From assembly GCA_964016885.1 (NCBI GenBank), contig OZ024741.1, positions 239,630,001-239,694,000 on the forward strand: DNA of 64,000 nt, given 5' to 3'. Below the pieces are notes generated by a model. It was not told the DNA's origin. It saw only the letters and a list, made by a program, of their open reading frames with translations, and ran no database searches. This stretch comes from Eledone cirrhosa. Lineage: Eukaryota. Below, one piece after another: positions 38,669 through 49,479 of the stretch. Position 1 is the first letter of the stretch. The number at the start of each line of letters is the position of its first letter. The translations under genes and the position numbers were made by a program.

Positions 38669-38800
38669 CTGCAAGGGCAACAACTGCAAGTTGGAGTGAC
38701 TGTTCCAGTGCATCTACATTGCCATCTTCCAGAGCAACATCTTCTCTATTCTGTCCTCTGGGACCATGAGGTTGACTAACCCTTAAACAGTTGCCTCCTC
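38669..38800 (-). other. Candidate extra 132-nt phase 1-1 cytoplasmic exon of the sixth Pcdh
   Basis: TAG|GAGGAG acceptor and CAG|GTAACT donor; open in the expected frame (GGGNCLRVSQPHGPRGQNREDVALEDGNVDALEQSLQLAVVALA); lies between the two tail-exon homologs. Confidence 0.5.
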
Positions 38801-39017
38801 CTATTTCATAACACAAATACAATAAGTCTAACAAATAATTATCATAATGTGCTCATTATGTAATACTGTTGTTTTCAAGTAAAAATCGTTTCTAGAACAA
38901 GATGTAAAGCAAAATGCAGTTGGATACATACATCTCAAGAGCTGACACCTCAATGAGGTATATGCTGTACCTTTAAATAAAGGGAGCAATCACACATAAA
39001 AAATAATATGTTTTTAC

Positions 39018-39168
39018 CAGGCATTGCAGGTATTTCTTCATACCATCTACTTGACCTTTCACTCAAGCACTGTCCACTATTCTTATGACTGGTCAATGTA
39101 TCAGTGGGATAGTTAGAGGATGGTCTGTTGTCTCCATAAGAAGTCATCTCCCCTGGTTGACTGTATTT
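39018..39168 (-). pseudogene. First cytoplasmic exon of the sixth Pcdh (open, splice sites intact)
   Basis: 151 nt; KYSQPGEMTSYGDNRP...RWYEEIPAMP; TAGCAG acceptor, GTAAAA donor. Confidence 0.85.
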
Positions 39169-39589
39169 CTGCTAAAACATAATAGCATTTTGTGGAGCAT
39201 AAATGATTTTCAAAAATTGTCAATAAAAAAAGGTATGCTTCAAATTTCAAAAGTTTAGTCCAAATAGTTATACCACTGTTATAATATAGAACACAAATAG
39301 AATGATTCTCAAGATATTTTTCTATCATAACACTATAAGAGAATTTTTTAAAACTTGGATTTAAAATGCTTTAGAGAAAACCACCAAATGTAGCATTCTC
39401 TAATCTTTTGAAACACAAAAGTCTTTTTATATTGGAGAGCATTGTGAAAGACAGTTCCTAAGGAAATAAGGAATGGCTTGTAAGAGCCATAGTAGCCATG
39501 TACAGAGGTGCAGTCAGCAATGAGTTCAGCTACGAATTTAGTGAATACATAGGTATCTATCAAGTTTCTGTTCTCATCACCCTTCTGTT

Positions 39590-40520
39590 TATTATAGTTC
39601 TCCATGCCATAACAGAGGAGTTCAAGACTGACTATCCATAGGAACTCTTGTATACTGATGACCTAGATGAATCAGTAGATTTAGAAACAAAATTCCAGGC
39701 ATGGAAGTAGAACCCAGAATTGAGAGGCCTCAAAGTGAAATTCGCAAACACTAATGTTTTAGCAAATAGAAAAGATAGGACCTTATTGCTGTCAATGAGT
39801 AGGTAGGAATTTCATATGGTGGTCATACAAGAGGTGTACTGGAATCACAGACAGGCTGACAGTGAAGGAAGGCTTCATATGTAATAAAAACACAGGATTA
39901 GTAAGCAGTAAGAATACCCATGAAATAGATTATCTCAAATGCTAGGATGGCTCCCTAGAAGTAGCAAATAGCTGTTATTACTTAGGTGACTTAATTATCA
40001 GTGGAGATGGGTAGTTTGAAAGCAGAGTAGCAAGAATGATAACAGAGTAGAAAAAATTCAGAGAATTTTTAACTCTGTGAGCAACAAAAATTTTCCCTCT
40101 AAGAATAAATAAAGGGTAAATTGTATGCAACGTGGTAACAAGATGCAGGCCTTGAATGTGGAACATTTACAGTTGAAAAGATATGAGGTAAGCATGATCC
40201 ACTGTATGTGTAATGTTAATGCGCATGAATGATAAACAACAAATGAGCTTCAAGAAAAGCTAGATATAAGAGGAATTAGGTCTAGTGTGCCAGGGGTGAG
40301 ACTGTGCTGATACAGACAATATAATGCGTATAGAGGATGTCAGTCGTATAAAGAAGTGCAAGGCATTTGAGATGGATAGAACCTATGGAAGAGGGAAACT
40401 GAATAAGACATGGGACACAACAGTGAAAAATCTCAAGGTGTGATCATTGATGACAAACAGCACTGGAGAAGTCCCACTCATTAGTGCAAGAAAAGTAAAA
40501 TGATTGTTAAAATAGTGGTG
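39590..40520 (+). mobile_element. Decayed RTE-like LINE 3' fragment
   Basis: AITEEFKT..ELLYTDDL (YADD-like) and downstream LINE thumb-like fragments with many stops. Confidence 0.7.
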
Positions 40521-40784
40521 GTATAAGAGGTTGGGATGTATAACTAGACTTGGTCCCTCATCAAGTTAAATCTCCATCTACTGCACTTTTATTTACCCTC
40601 ACACGTTATCACTCAACCTCTTTCCTATCACTATAGCATGTCCAGAGTTAATCCCTACACTATCACTCATTTTTTTTATTGCTCTCTCATCATGCTATTG
40701 ATGCAATTTCTTATTCAATTTCTTTACACACAACCACTACTAGTATAGAAAACAGGCATAAAATGATCAATATGTTTATGTGTA

Positions 40785-40839
<55 letters not shown>

Positions 40840-41287
40840 ATGATGGCTGCCCTCTCGTTACCGAGTATGGCCATTGCACGATATACCATTATTAATAATT
40901 ATTAATTAATTCTATCGTGCAATGCCTGTGCGTGAAGATATTTTTTGAATATCTGAACCAATCCCACTCTCTGAGCGACAGTAGCTATAACCCAAAAAGA
41001 AGAAAAGATTAACATCATCGGTAAGTACTGAGCTGCAGGTTTTATATCGGAGTTATCCCAGTTTCCTGAGTTGCCTTCTCCTAGAAGAATGCCCTGACAA
41101 AGGCTAGGGCTCCTTCACTCCCTGCATATACATACACATGCACCCATGTATATACACATACATACATACACATGTACATGTGTATATACATATTTACACA
41201 CTATTGGATGGCCGTTGACCCTTATGAGTTCTTCCACCCTTTGTCAGGTTTTGTTTTTTGTCCTGCAGGGTGTCCAAAATCACCCTC

Positions 41288-41340
<53 letters not shown>

Positions 41341-41373
41341 TCATTCAAGTTTACTTAAATTGCACATATATAT

Positions 41374-41593
41374 AACGCTGTAATGTGGCTGTGTAGGTAA
41401 CACGGTAAAAAGTACCCAGTTCCACACTGTAAATGTGGTTGGTGTTAGGAAGGGCATCCAGCCGTAGAAAACCTGCCAGATAGTCCTATATGAGTGAGAC
41501 ATGGTCACCCGACCAACCTTGCCTCAAGTGGGACAACTCCCGTCTAACCCATGCTAGCGTGGAAAATGGACGTTAAACGAAGATGATGATGAT
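41374..41593 (+). mobile_element. SINE-like repeat family B
   Basis: Similar to 36795-37014. Confidence 0.75.
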
Positions 41594-42388
41594 ATATATA
41601 TATATATGTGTGTTTATAATTTCCAAAAAAGCCTGCATGGAATATGAATTCAAAACAGGGGCATGCACAGACAATGAAAAAAACAATGGGAAAATGGACA
41701 GTCCCATCTCCTCAGTCCACCTCTAAACATCACAACGGTTTTGGTGCATTAAGTTTGATGCTGTACATTCCAGTGCACATTTGGGCATAACAAAACAAGT
41801 AGAGACAAAGACAAAACAATTTAAGCCTTTCAGCAAATTACACAAATAAAGATGAAAAAGTATCCAAAGTGCATCAACTGACAACGAAGGGAGAGAAATA
41901 GAAATACAGAAAAGAATAAAATGGACTGCAATCCAAAGTGCTGAAAAAGAAGAATGAAACTGAGGTAAGAAGGGAGAACATAGGAAGACAGACCAGACAG
42001 TGTGACTGCTATTATGTGCTTGTTTCAAAAAATGCCTGCATGGCTAAGTCTTTCAAATATGAATTCAAAAGGGTGACAAAGACAATGGAAAAACACAGGA
42101 AAAATGGACAGTCAAAAAGATGATGGAATGAAAGATTTAAAGCTCACATTTATGTAGGTTTAGCTGGCCTCATAAGGAGTTGCACTAAATAAGAAGTTTC
42201 TGGATACTTTAATGACAGTTGCCCCAGTTCACTCAAGAAAATTATGAAATGAAGCATCTTGCTCAAGAACACAACATGACACCTGGTCCAAGTATCAAAC
42301 CCATGACCTTATATTTATGAGCCCAATTACCTTAACCACTAGATTGTATACATTCACTGGATGATGGATTGATAATTTATCATTTTAC

Positions 42389-43158
42389 CTTTACGGATAT
42401 CTGAAGAGATCTGTTCACTGTTGATGTCTTCCAGTCTTCATGATAGTAATGGCTTCTAGACTGACTATATCTGTCTGATATCTCTCCTCGATTACCTGTT
42501 TCTCTTCTGTTGTTCTAGCTGAGTTATTTCTTACATTGTTACATCTCACAATACACAATGTTATAGAAACCACAATAGCTATAGATACTATCACAGCTGC
42601 TACTACAATGATAATCAACAATGTTGCATCTATTGTGTTATCAGTTGGTACATGGACAGCTGTGAACATTGGTGATGTCTTGTTACTAACAGTCAGTGTT
42701 AAAGAGACACTAGTTGTTGCTGACAGAACTGGAGTACCACTGTGTTTATTTCTCAGATAATAACTTAATTCACCTCCCTTACCAACATCTGGGTCTGTAG
42801 CATTGATAAAACCAATAGGGAAATTAGCTTTGTCATTCTCATAGGTAAGGAACTTGAATGTATCTTTGGTAAAGTGTGGTTTTACATCATTCACATCTAA
42901 CACTTGTATTGACAGATCTTTATCAGTTTTCAGAGAAGGTAATCCTTTATCTTGACAGGAGACAGTAAAGTGATAATGTTCCTGTGTCTCTCCGGCTACT
43001 GCTTTCTTTAAAACTATTTTATATTCTTTAGATCCCATTGACTGTAGTTTGAATGTATCATGTTTAATATGACAGCTGACCTCTCCATTGTGTCCAACAT
43101 CATTGTCAGTGACCATCACATAAGCAATGAAACTACTTTGATATCTTCCAGAATGGTA
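42389..43158 (-). pseudogene. Sixth protocadherin: truncated large exon (EC4, part of EC5 fused to end of EC6, TM)
   Basis: Near-identical to paralogs but lacks EC2-3; relative to gene 1 it has a 432-nt in-frame deletion, a 70-nt deletion at CCTG microhomology and a 4-nt deletion; DRE changed to AGE; donor kept at 42389/42388. Confidence 0.92.
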
Positions 43159-43445
43159 TTTAATTTTACTTGTTAGAATCTCTAGCTTAGATTTTCGAGA
43201 TGTTTTTTCTCTATGAACCACAACTTTTTACCAGGACTTAAGAAACCTTTTTGCTCTGGTCAACGTGAAGAAGCCCTCCTCCCCCTCCTCGACGCTAACG
43301 CCATTTTGTCCACCAGTGTGCAGCTGATTTATACCACTTAGAGTCTGCTACACCCTCCTCCTTTCCCCTTACTTTCATTATTAATTTTTTTTTTTTTTCT
43401 TACTGCAGACGTTATGTAATTTAATTGAAATTTGTTGAATAAAGA

Positions 43446-43700
43446 TGTCTATATTTGTACAAAATGATACAACATCCAATGTTTGAAGTGTAATTTCATT
43501 AACTGTGCGACATTGAAAAATGGTGTAGCTTTCTTTACTGGTAATTGCTGATGTGTATTATGGCTAAGATCTTCAGTTTCGTTTGGGTGCCAATTTTCAA
43601 AACTAGAAGTAATGTACTGCTCTTTCTCGCACATAGGATTTGGAACTATTTTCTTCCTTTAAATGATAGGTAACGTCTATAGATACATCATCACTGCTGG
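43446..43700 (-). pseudogene. Highly decayed protocadherin EC1 relic
   Basis: Across frameshifts reads IDVTYHLKEENSSKSYV / PFFNVAQLMKL / TLQTLDVVSFCT, matching VDITYHVKEENKAYTYV / LFNVTKTGKL / TVQTLDAESVCS. Confidence 0.75.
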
Positions 43701-45149
43701 TGTTATTGTTCGAATGATAAGAAGTAACCACAACCCTGAAAAAAAAAATTACTTAATGCAATCTAAATTGAAAAAAGAAATGTTACCCCACATTTCAAAT
43801 TGAAACAAAAGTCACTTAACCCTAACCCTAAACAGGCGATCTTTCTTAAGTGGTAGACGAAAACATTTTGTCGTCGAACACATATGTACGGAGATACATA
43901 CACGCATATATAATGTGGTTGGTGACGGTATTTAATAATAACGAGCACACAAAACAAATATATTCACTATGTGTGTTTTAGAAAAATACCATAATGTAGA
44001 AATAGACATTCACAACGGGAAACGTACACTTTATTGTTTACCACTTACGCAATATCGCCGTCTTCACCTAAACCTTAATTTAAATAATCTATTATATGAT
44101 CTATTTATATATTGTTTGTTTCATTTTGAAATGCTAGGTAATAATTATTTCTACTAATAAATAATTATTTCGAGGCAATAACGAAGTGTCATTTCCAACA
44201 ATGTTATTGTAATCACGGTAGACATGACAGTTTTAAACCAATTATAATCGTTGATATTTATTAAAACTTACCTGAATTGGTTTGTCAGGCATTGTAAGTG
44301 TTCTCATTTATTTATCTTTTTTTTTGTCTTTGACATTTCTTTTAAAAGTGAAATTCTCTAATCTGTTTCAATAAATAAATAAATAAAATCTTAGTAACAT
44401 TGAACCACAATTTTAATTAAACTCACCTAAACCTTCATGATCAGCCATAACGAGGGAACCACGTTCTACCTGGGAGAAATAGCCGACAAATATCCCACAA
44501 ACTACTCCCTATCCTGTTAAAAAAGAAACGATACATTGGATAGTGTAATCCTAAACACCCATAAACTGGCGAAATGCTCACGGCTGGAAAGCCCTTTAAT
44601 CAGCGGTCTCCTCTATCAAGGTTTACCTGAGGCTAAACGACATCTTAATGACAACTAACTAACTAATTCAAAATGGAATCAAACTATATTTTAAATGTTA
44701 CAAAAATTACATACAATAGTGTAAAATATAGAACAAAATACTTTTTATCCATTTTCTTTGATTAATCTGTAGTTTTTCACCAAAATTAAGTTCTAAGATT
44801 TTTCGCTCTTAAAATTGCCGCCGAAGTTGTCAATTTGAATGGAAGCAATCTAAAGAGTTATCTCCCTTGGAGTTTTTATCGACTATCTGAAGTAATCCCG
44901 CCATTTATGAACGCTAACTATAACAAAATGATTGCTTTCAAATAAACAATAAATATCTTATTTACTTCTGCTAACGAATAATAACAATAAAGAAAATTGT
45001 TCCAATTTATTAATATTGTCAAAATGATACGAACATCTTTACGGAAAACATCGAAACTTTAAATTATTAGTCAAAATATTATTTCGATGTTTTATAAAAT
45101 ACAATTAAATTCAAAAAATAAAAAAAGAGCCAAACTGTTTTAGCAGCAA

Positions 45150-45330
45150 TTGGCAGTATTGGTAGAGGGTCGGACGCCATGCTTTGACGCATAGAGTTAC
45201 GGCCCTTGCCATTCTGAGTTCAAATCCCGCCGGGGTTAACTTTGCCTTTCATCCTTACGGGGTCGATAAAATAAAGTACCAGTAATACACTGGATAATTG
45301 CTGGCCTTGTGCCTAACGTAGAAACAATTA
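45150..45330 (+). mobile_element. SINE family A
   Basis: Full copy ending GAAACAATTATTATT. Confidence 0.85.
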
Positions 45331-46047
45331 TTATTTAAACTGTTTTATGAGTTTTTTTCTGAAAGTTAATTGTAAAATAATTGTTTCTACTTTAGCCAGC
45401 AATTAACCAGTGCATTACTGGTACTTTATTTTAAAATACTTTATTTTAATTGTAAAATAATGATCAAGTAAAGAATTATTAGATCATACAATCACAACGT
45501 CCCTCAATCCACTCGTTGTGTATACTGAAATAGCAGGTGGGAAAGGGTTTGAAAAAATGATTTCTTTGTTAACCACAAGGTTGAAAATATGAAAACAATT
45601 TGATTTCGTGGCACCGGTTTTTAATCGAGGCAACGCTGCGAGTGTGGTGGCTTGCCTCAAAAATCTTTAGAGAGGTTGGGCTGTACTCGCGACGTTGCTG
45701 TCTTTTGCTCTGGTGTTGGCTCGGTTGTTCACCCCTTCCTTTACATTTTCTTTAATATTGTAACATTCGTATGTATATTATGTTTTAACTTCTGTTAGCA
45801 TTATTCACTACCTTTCATTGCATATAATTGATTTATCTTACTATTAGTCGACAGTGCTATACCTTGAATTAAATATAATCATTGATTAAATGACATAATA
45901 ATGAACCGAAAAAATTTGTAATTCCTGGTACAATCACCATCTTAGAGGTCATGAATTATATCTGCTGAATTGTGTCTCTGTGGCAGGTAATTAATTCTAT
46001 CTGCCTCACTTCAAGCATATTGAAATTAGATGTTAGTCATTATGGGA

Positions 46048-46533
46048 ACTAGCAGAAAAACCGCCTTTCCGGCGTGAATGTATGTATAGGTGTGTGAATG
46101 TATGTATGTTTGTGTGAATGTATGTATGTTTGTGTGAATGTATGTGTATTTGTGTGAATTATATCCGTCAGCGTCTATTTTTATAAGTTTGTGTTTGCGC
46201 GATTATAGTTATATACTCATACATATAGATGTATGTATATGCACACTCACACGCGTCAGAGTGTAGAAAATCATAATCTCTCTATCTCTCTCATCACACA
46301 CTCTCTCTTTCTCTATATATGGTAGTTGAAGTGGTAGTGGTGGCGACAATATACTGGAAGTGCAACTTTGAAAAGAAGTCAATTTGAAATTATTTATTTT
46401 TACGAAAGTGAGTACATAAATTATGTAATATTCATTCATTATTTATTCAAAGTAATCCAACTTATTTTACTAACTGGATTAAAAGAAATAAACTGTACAC
46501 AGTCCCGCAGACCTTCCGTTATTATAGTTTAGA
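46048..46533. mobile_element. Possible non-autonomous Helitron/HINE-like repeat
   Basis: Starts ACTAGCAGAAAAACCG, internal ~20-bp TGTGTGAATGTATGTATGTT repeats, ends TTATAGTTTAGAT; family assignment from memory only. Confidence 0.4.
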
Positions 46534-47104
46534 TATAAACCTTAAGAGAGAGTTTTGTATCCTATCTTAGTGAAGATGCATCTCATATCCACATAGTATT
46601 GCTTATTCATAATATTTAGTTCAGCATCAGTATTATGAATTCCTGTGGTTTCATGAAGACAAGGAATCAAACCTATGACATTTTGATCGGAAGTCCAACA
46701 CCCTAACCACTAGACCATATGCTTTCACAGTTGCTCAATAGCAATAGTATAATCAATTTACTGTGATAAGCGATCAAATACTTTGTCATATTTTGTATTG
46801 AGTTTGTTAATAACCAATCAATGCAATGTTTATCTGAAGTTCACTGACATTACTTAATAACCACAGACATTGTCTTATTAACATTCCTAAGTCTTTGATT
46901 CAAATTTCTTTCTAAACTATCTCCTAATTTCTCACAGAAACAGTCTAGATGACTTGAGATGGTGATTAAATTCTAGGTGGTAATTAAAATCATATCAATC
47001 ACATGAAAATGTTCCACATTATTTATTGAATTTTTTGCTCTTATGTCACCTCAATATAATGTAATGAAATTCATCAATATAATACTATTTTAACCCTCAC
47101 TCTT

Positions 47105-48605
47105 TGATATGCAGACCCAAGATACTTTGGATCCTTTAGATATAGAGACTAGAGAGATAACAATGATAGCAGTTCTTCAAGTCATAAAAAACACTCAAGA
47201 ATGGAAAGGCACCAGGACTAGACAGAATCTCACCAGAATTACTGAAGCATGGAAATCCGGACTTCATGTAACAGCTTACCTACTTCTTCAACATATCTGG
47301 GAATAAGAAGATATGCCAGATTGGAGAAAGGGAGTGATTGTCAGAATACCAAAGAAGAGAAACTTTAACAATTGTAACAACTGGAGACGGATCATGCTAC
47401 TATTAATCCCTGATAAGGTGTTTTGTTCAGTCTTACTGAATATATTATGTGGTAGCCTAGACACAAAACTTCATGAGGAGCAGGCTGGTTTTAGGAAGGG
47501 AAGATTATGTATTGACTAGATCCTAACCCTTAGGAACAGAGTATGGAGTTCAACAAAAAACTTTACATCAACTTCATCAATTTCAAGAAGACCTTTGACA
47601 GTAAACACAGAGAGACTGTTTGGAGAATAGCCAAGATCTATGGAATTCCTCAAAAGCTTATCAACATTTTCAAGAGCCTATACTGCTGCATCAAAACTAG
47701 TAGTGGTTCTACAGAGTTCTTTGATATAGTTTCAGAAGTGTGCTAAGGCTGCATATTATTTCCTCTATTATTACTCCTCACAATTGATTTTGTGATGCAA
47801 AAGGCCACATCTTGGAATCAGGTGGAATATTTCTCATGTGACTAACCTGGATTTTGCAGATGACATTGCCCTTCTTGGCAAATCAGAACCTGGTAAGAAT
47901 ATTCCTAAAGTTGGGCTTGAAATCAGCTCAGAAAAGATGAAGGCTATGTCAGTGAAGGAAGAAAACCCTATTAACATACAAGTAAATAACACACAGATGA
48001 GGTTGAGAGGTTCATCTACCTAGGTGGCAGCATTTCCAACATGGGTGACATGGAGAAAGACATGCTGAGCAGAATTGGAAAAGCAGCCTCTGTTTTAGGG
48101 AGGCTTAGAAACATCTGGCAATCTAATCAGATGACTCTAAAAAGTAAGATAGCTTTATATAATTCTCTGGTCATCCGAATTGCCACCTATGCCAGTGAAA
48201 CATGGAAGATGAAAGCAGGATTTGCCCACAGGCTAGATGTATTCCATCAGAGGTGCCTCTACAAATTTCTTAATATCTCTTGGTAAGACAAAATAACCAA
48301 TGAAGAAGTCTATGGGAGAAACAAGCAGAAACCACTAAGCATCACAGTGAAAGATTGTCATCTGAGATTTCTTGGACATATCTTTAAAATGCCATCAAGA
48401 TACACAAGGCTCTCCCTTGACTGGAAGCCAGAAGGTGGAAAAAGGAAATGTGAGCATCCATTAACAACATAGAAGAGGACAGTCCTGAAGGATCTAGATA
48501 CGAAAGAGCTGAGCTGGGAGGATGTCAAATCTATTGCAGTAGAGTGCAGAGGATGGAGATATTTTGTTGTTGCCCAATGTTCCATGTGGAATGGGAGGAC
48601 CTAAC
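47105..48605 (+). mobile_element. Decayed 5'-truncated RTE-clade LINE (reverse transcriptase)
   Basis: PDWRKGVIVRIPKK, EEQAGFRKGRLCID, LDFADDIALL, YASETW; broken by stops. Confidence 0.9.
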
Positions 48606-49217
48606 TATGCCAGGGGGAAGGGGGTTCTAAGAGCCCATCTCCACTTGTGATTGTTTTGCATAGCTTTTGAAAGGAAGATTTTTCTCAGAAATTTTGTGAC
48701 TTTTCCTAAAATTTAAGAGAAAGTACACGACACTACCTATATGCAGTACCCATATCTCTGCAAAGTTTCATGATATAGCCTTAGTGGCTCTGAAAAAATT
48801 TTGAATACTATAAAAGTACAAAATTTTAACACATCTGGGTACAGCTGATGACGTCAGCAACATTTTTGTAATTCAGAAATGTTTGCCTATCAATGGTCTG
48901 TACTTATGCCAAGTTTCGGGTACACGACACTACCTATATGCAGTACCTCTACAAAGTTTCATGATATAGCCTTAGGGGCTCTGAAAATTTTTTGAATACT
49001 ATAAAAGTACGAAATTTTAACACATCTGGGTACAACTGATGACGTCATCAACATTTTTGTAATTCAGAAATGTTTGCCTATCAATGGTCTGTACTTATGC
49101 CAAGTTTCATTGTCATGGCATTAAATGTTCAGGTATAAAGTAAAGAGAGGGGTCTCTCAAAGAACCCACCCACCCTGGCTTGCAGAGCCCCTAAAACGCC
49201 CAGGTTTAAAGGGTTAA
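48606..49217. mobile_element. TTAA-ended non-autonomous DNA element with internal ~195-bp tandem duplication
   Basis: Right end AGGG-TTAA at 49210-49217; repeat units start at 48723 and 48920; probable left end TTAA-CCCT at 47091. Confidence 0.6.
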
Positions 49218-49479
49218 GAAAATTTCTCTCAGAAGAGAGCTATTATTTCTCTAAATAGATATCACAAAGAAACTAGAAATATGAAAAAACTAAAATATTT
49301 CATAAACATATCAAAGGGAAAAGAAAATTTTTGAAGTGCGAACAAGGCTTCAAAATTAAATAAATTACTCAACACAATTTGTACTTTAAAAAAATAAAAC
49401 CATTAGCGAAAAAATAAGTACATAGTTTCAGAATTTGAAATCTATTGTTATTAACAATAATATATGTTCTATTCAGACT

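Noticed and set aside
41627-42113. Degenerate ~80-bp direct repeats ~400 bp apart as LTRs
   Set aside because: No TG...CA ends, PBS or PPT seen; more likely an old local duplication.
43159-43221. N-terminus of the 268-aa ORF as a real short Pcdh start
   Set aside because: Unrelated to cadherin, no signal peptide, joined by a frameshifting deletion.
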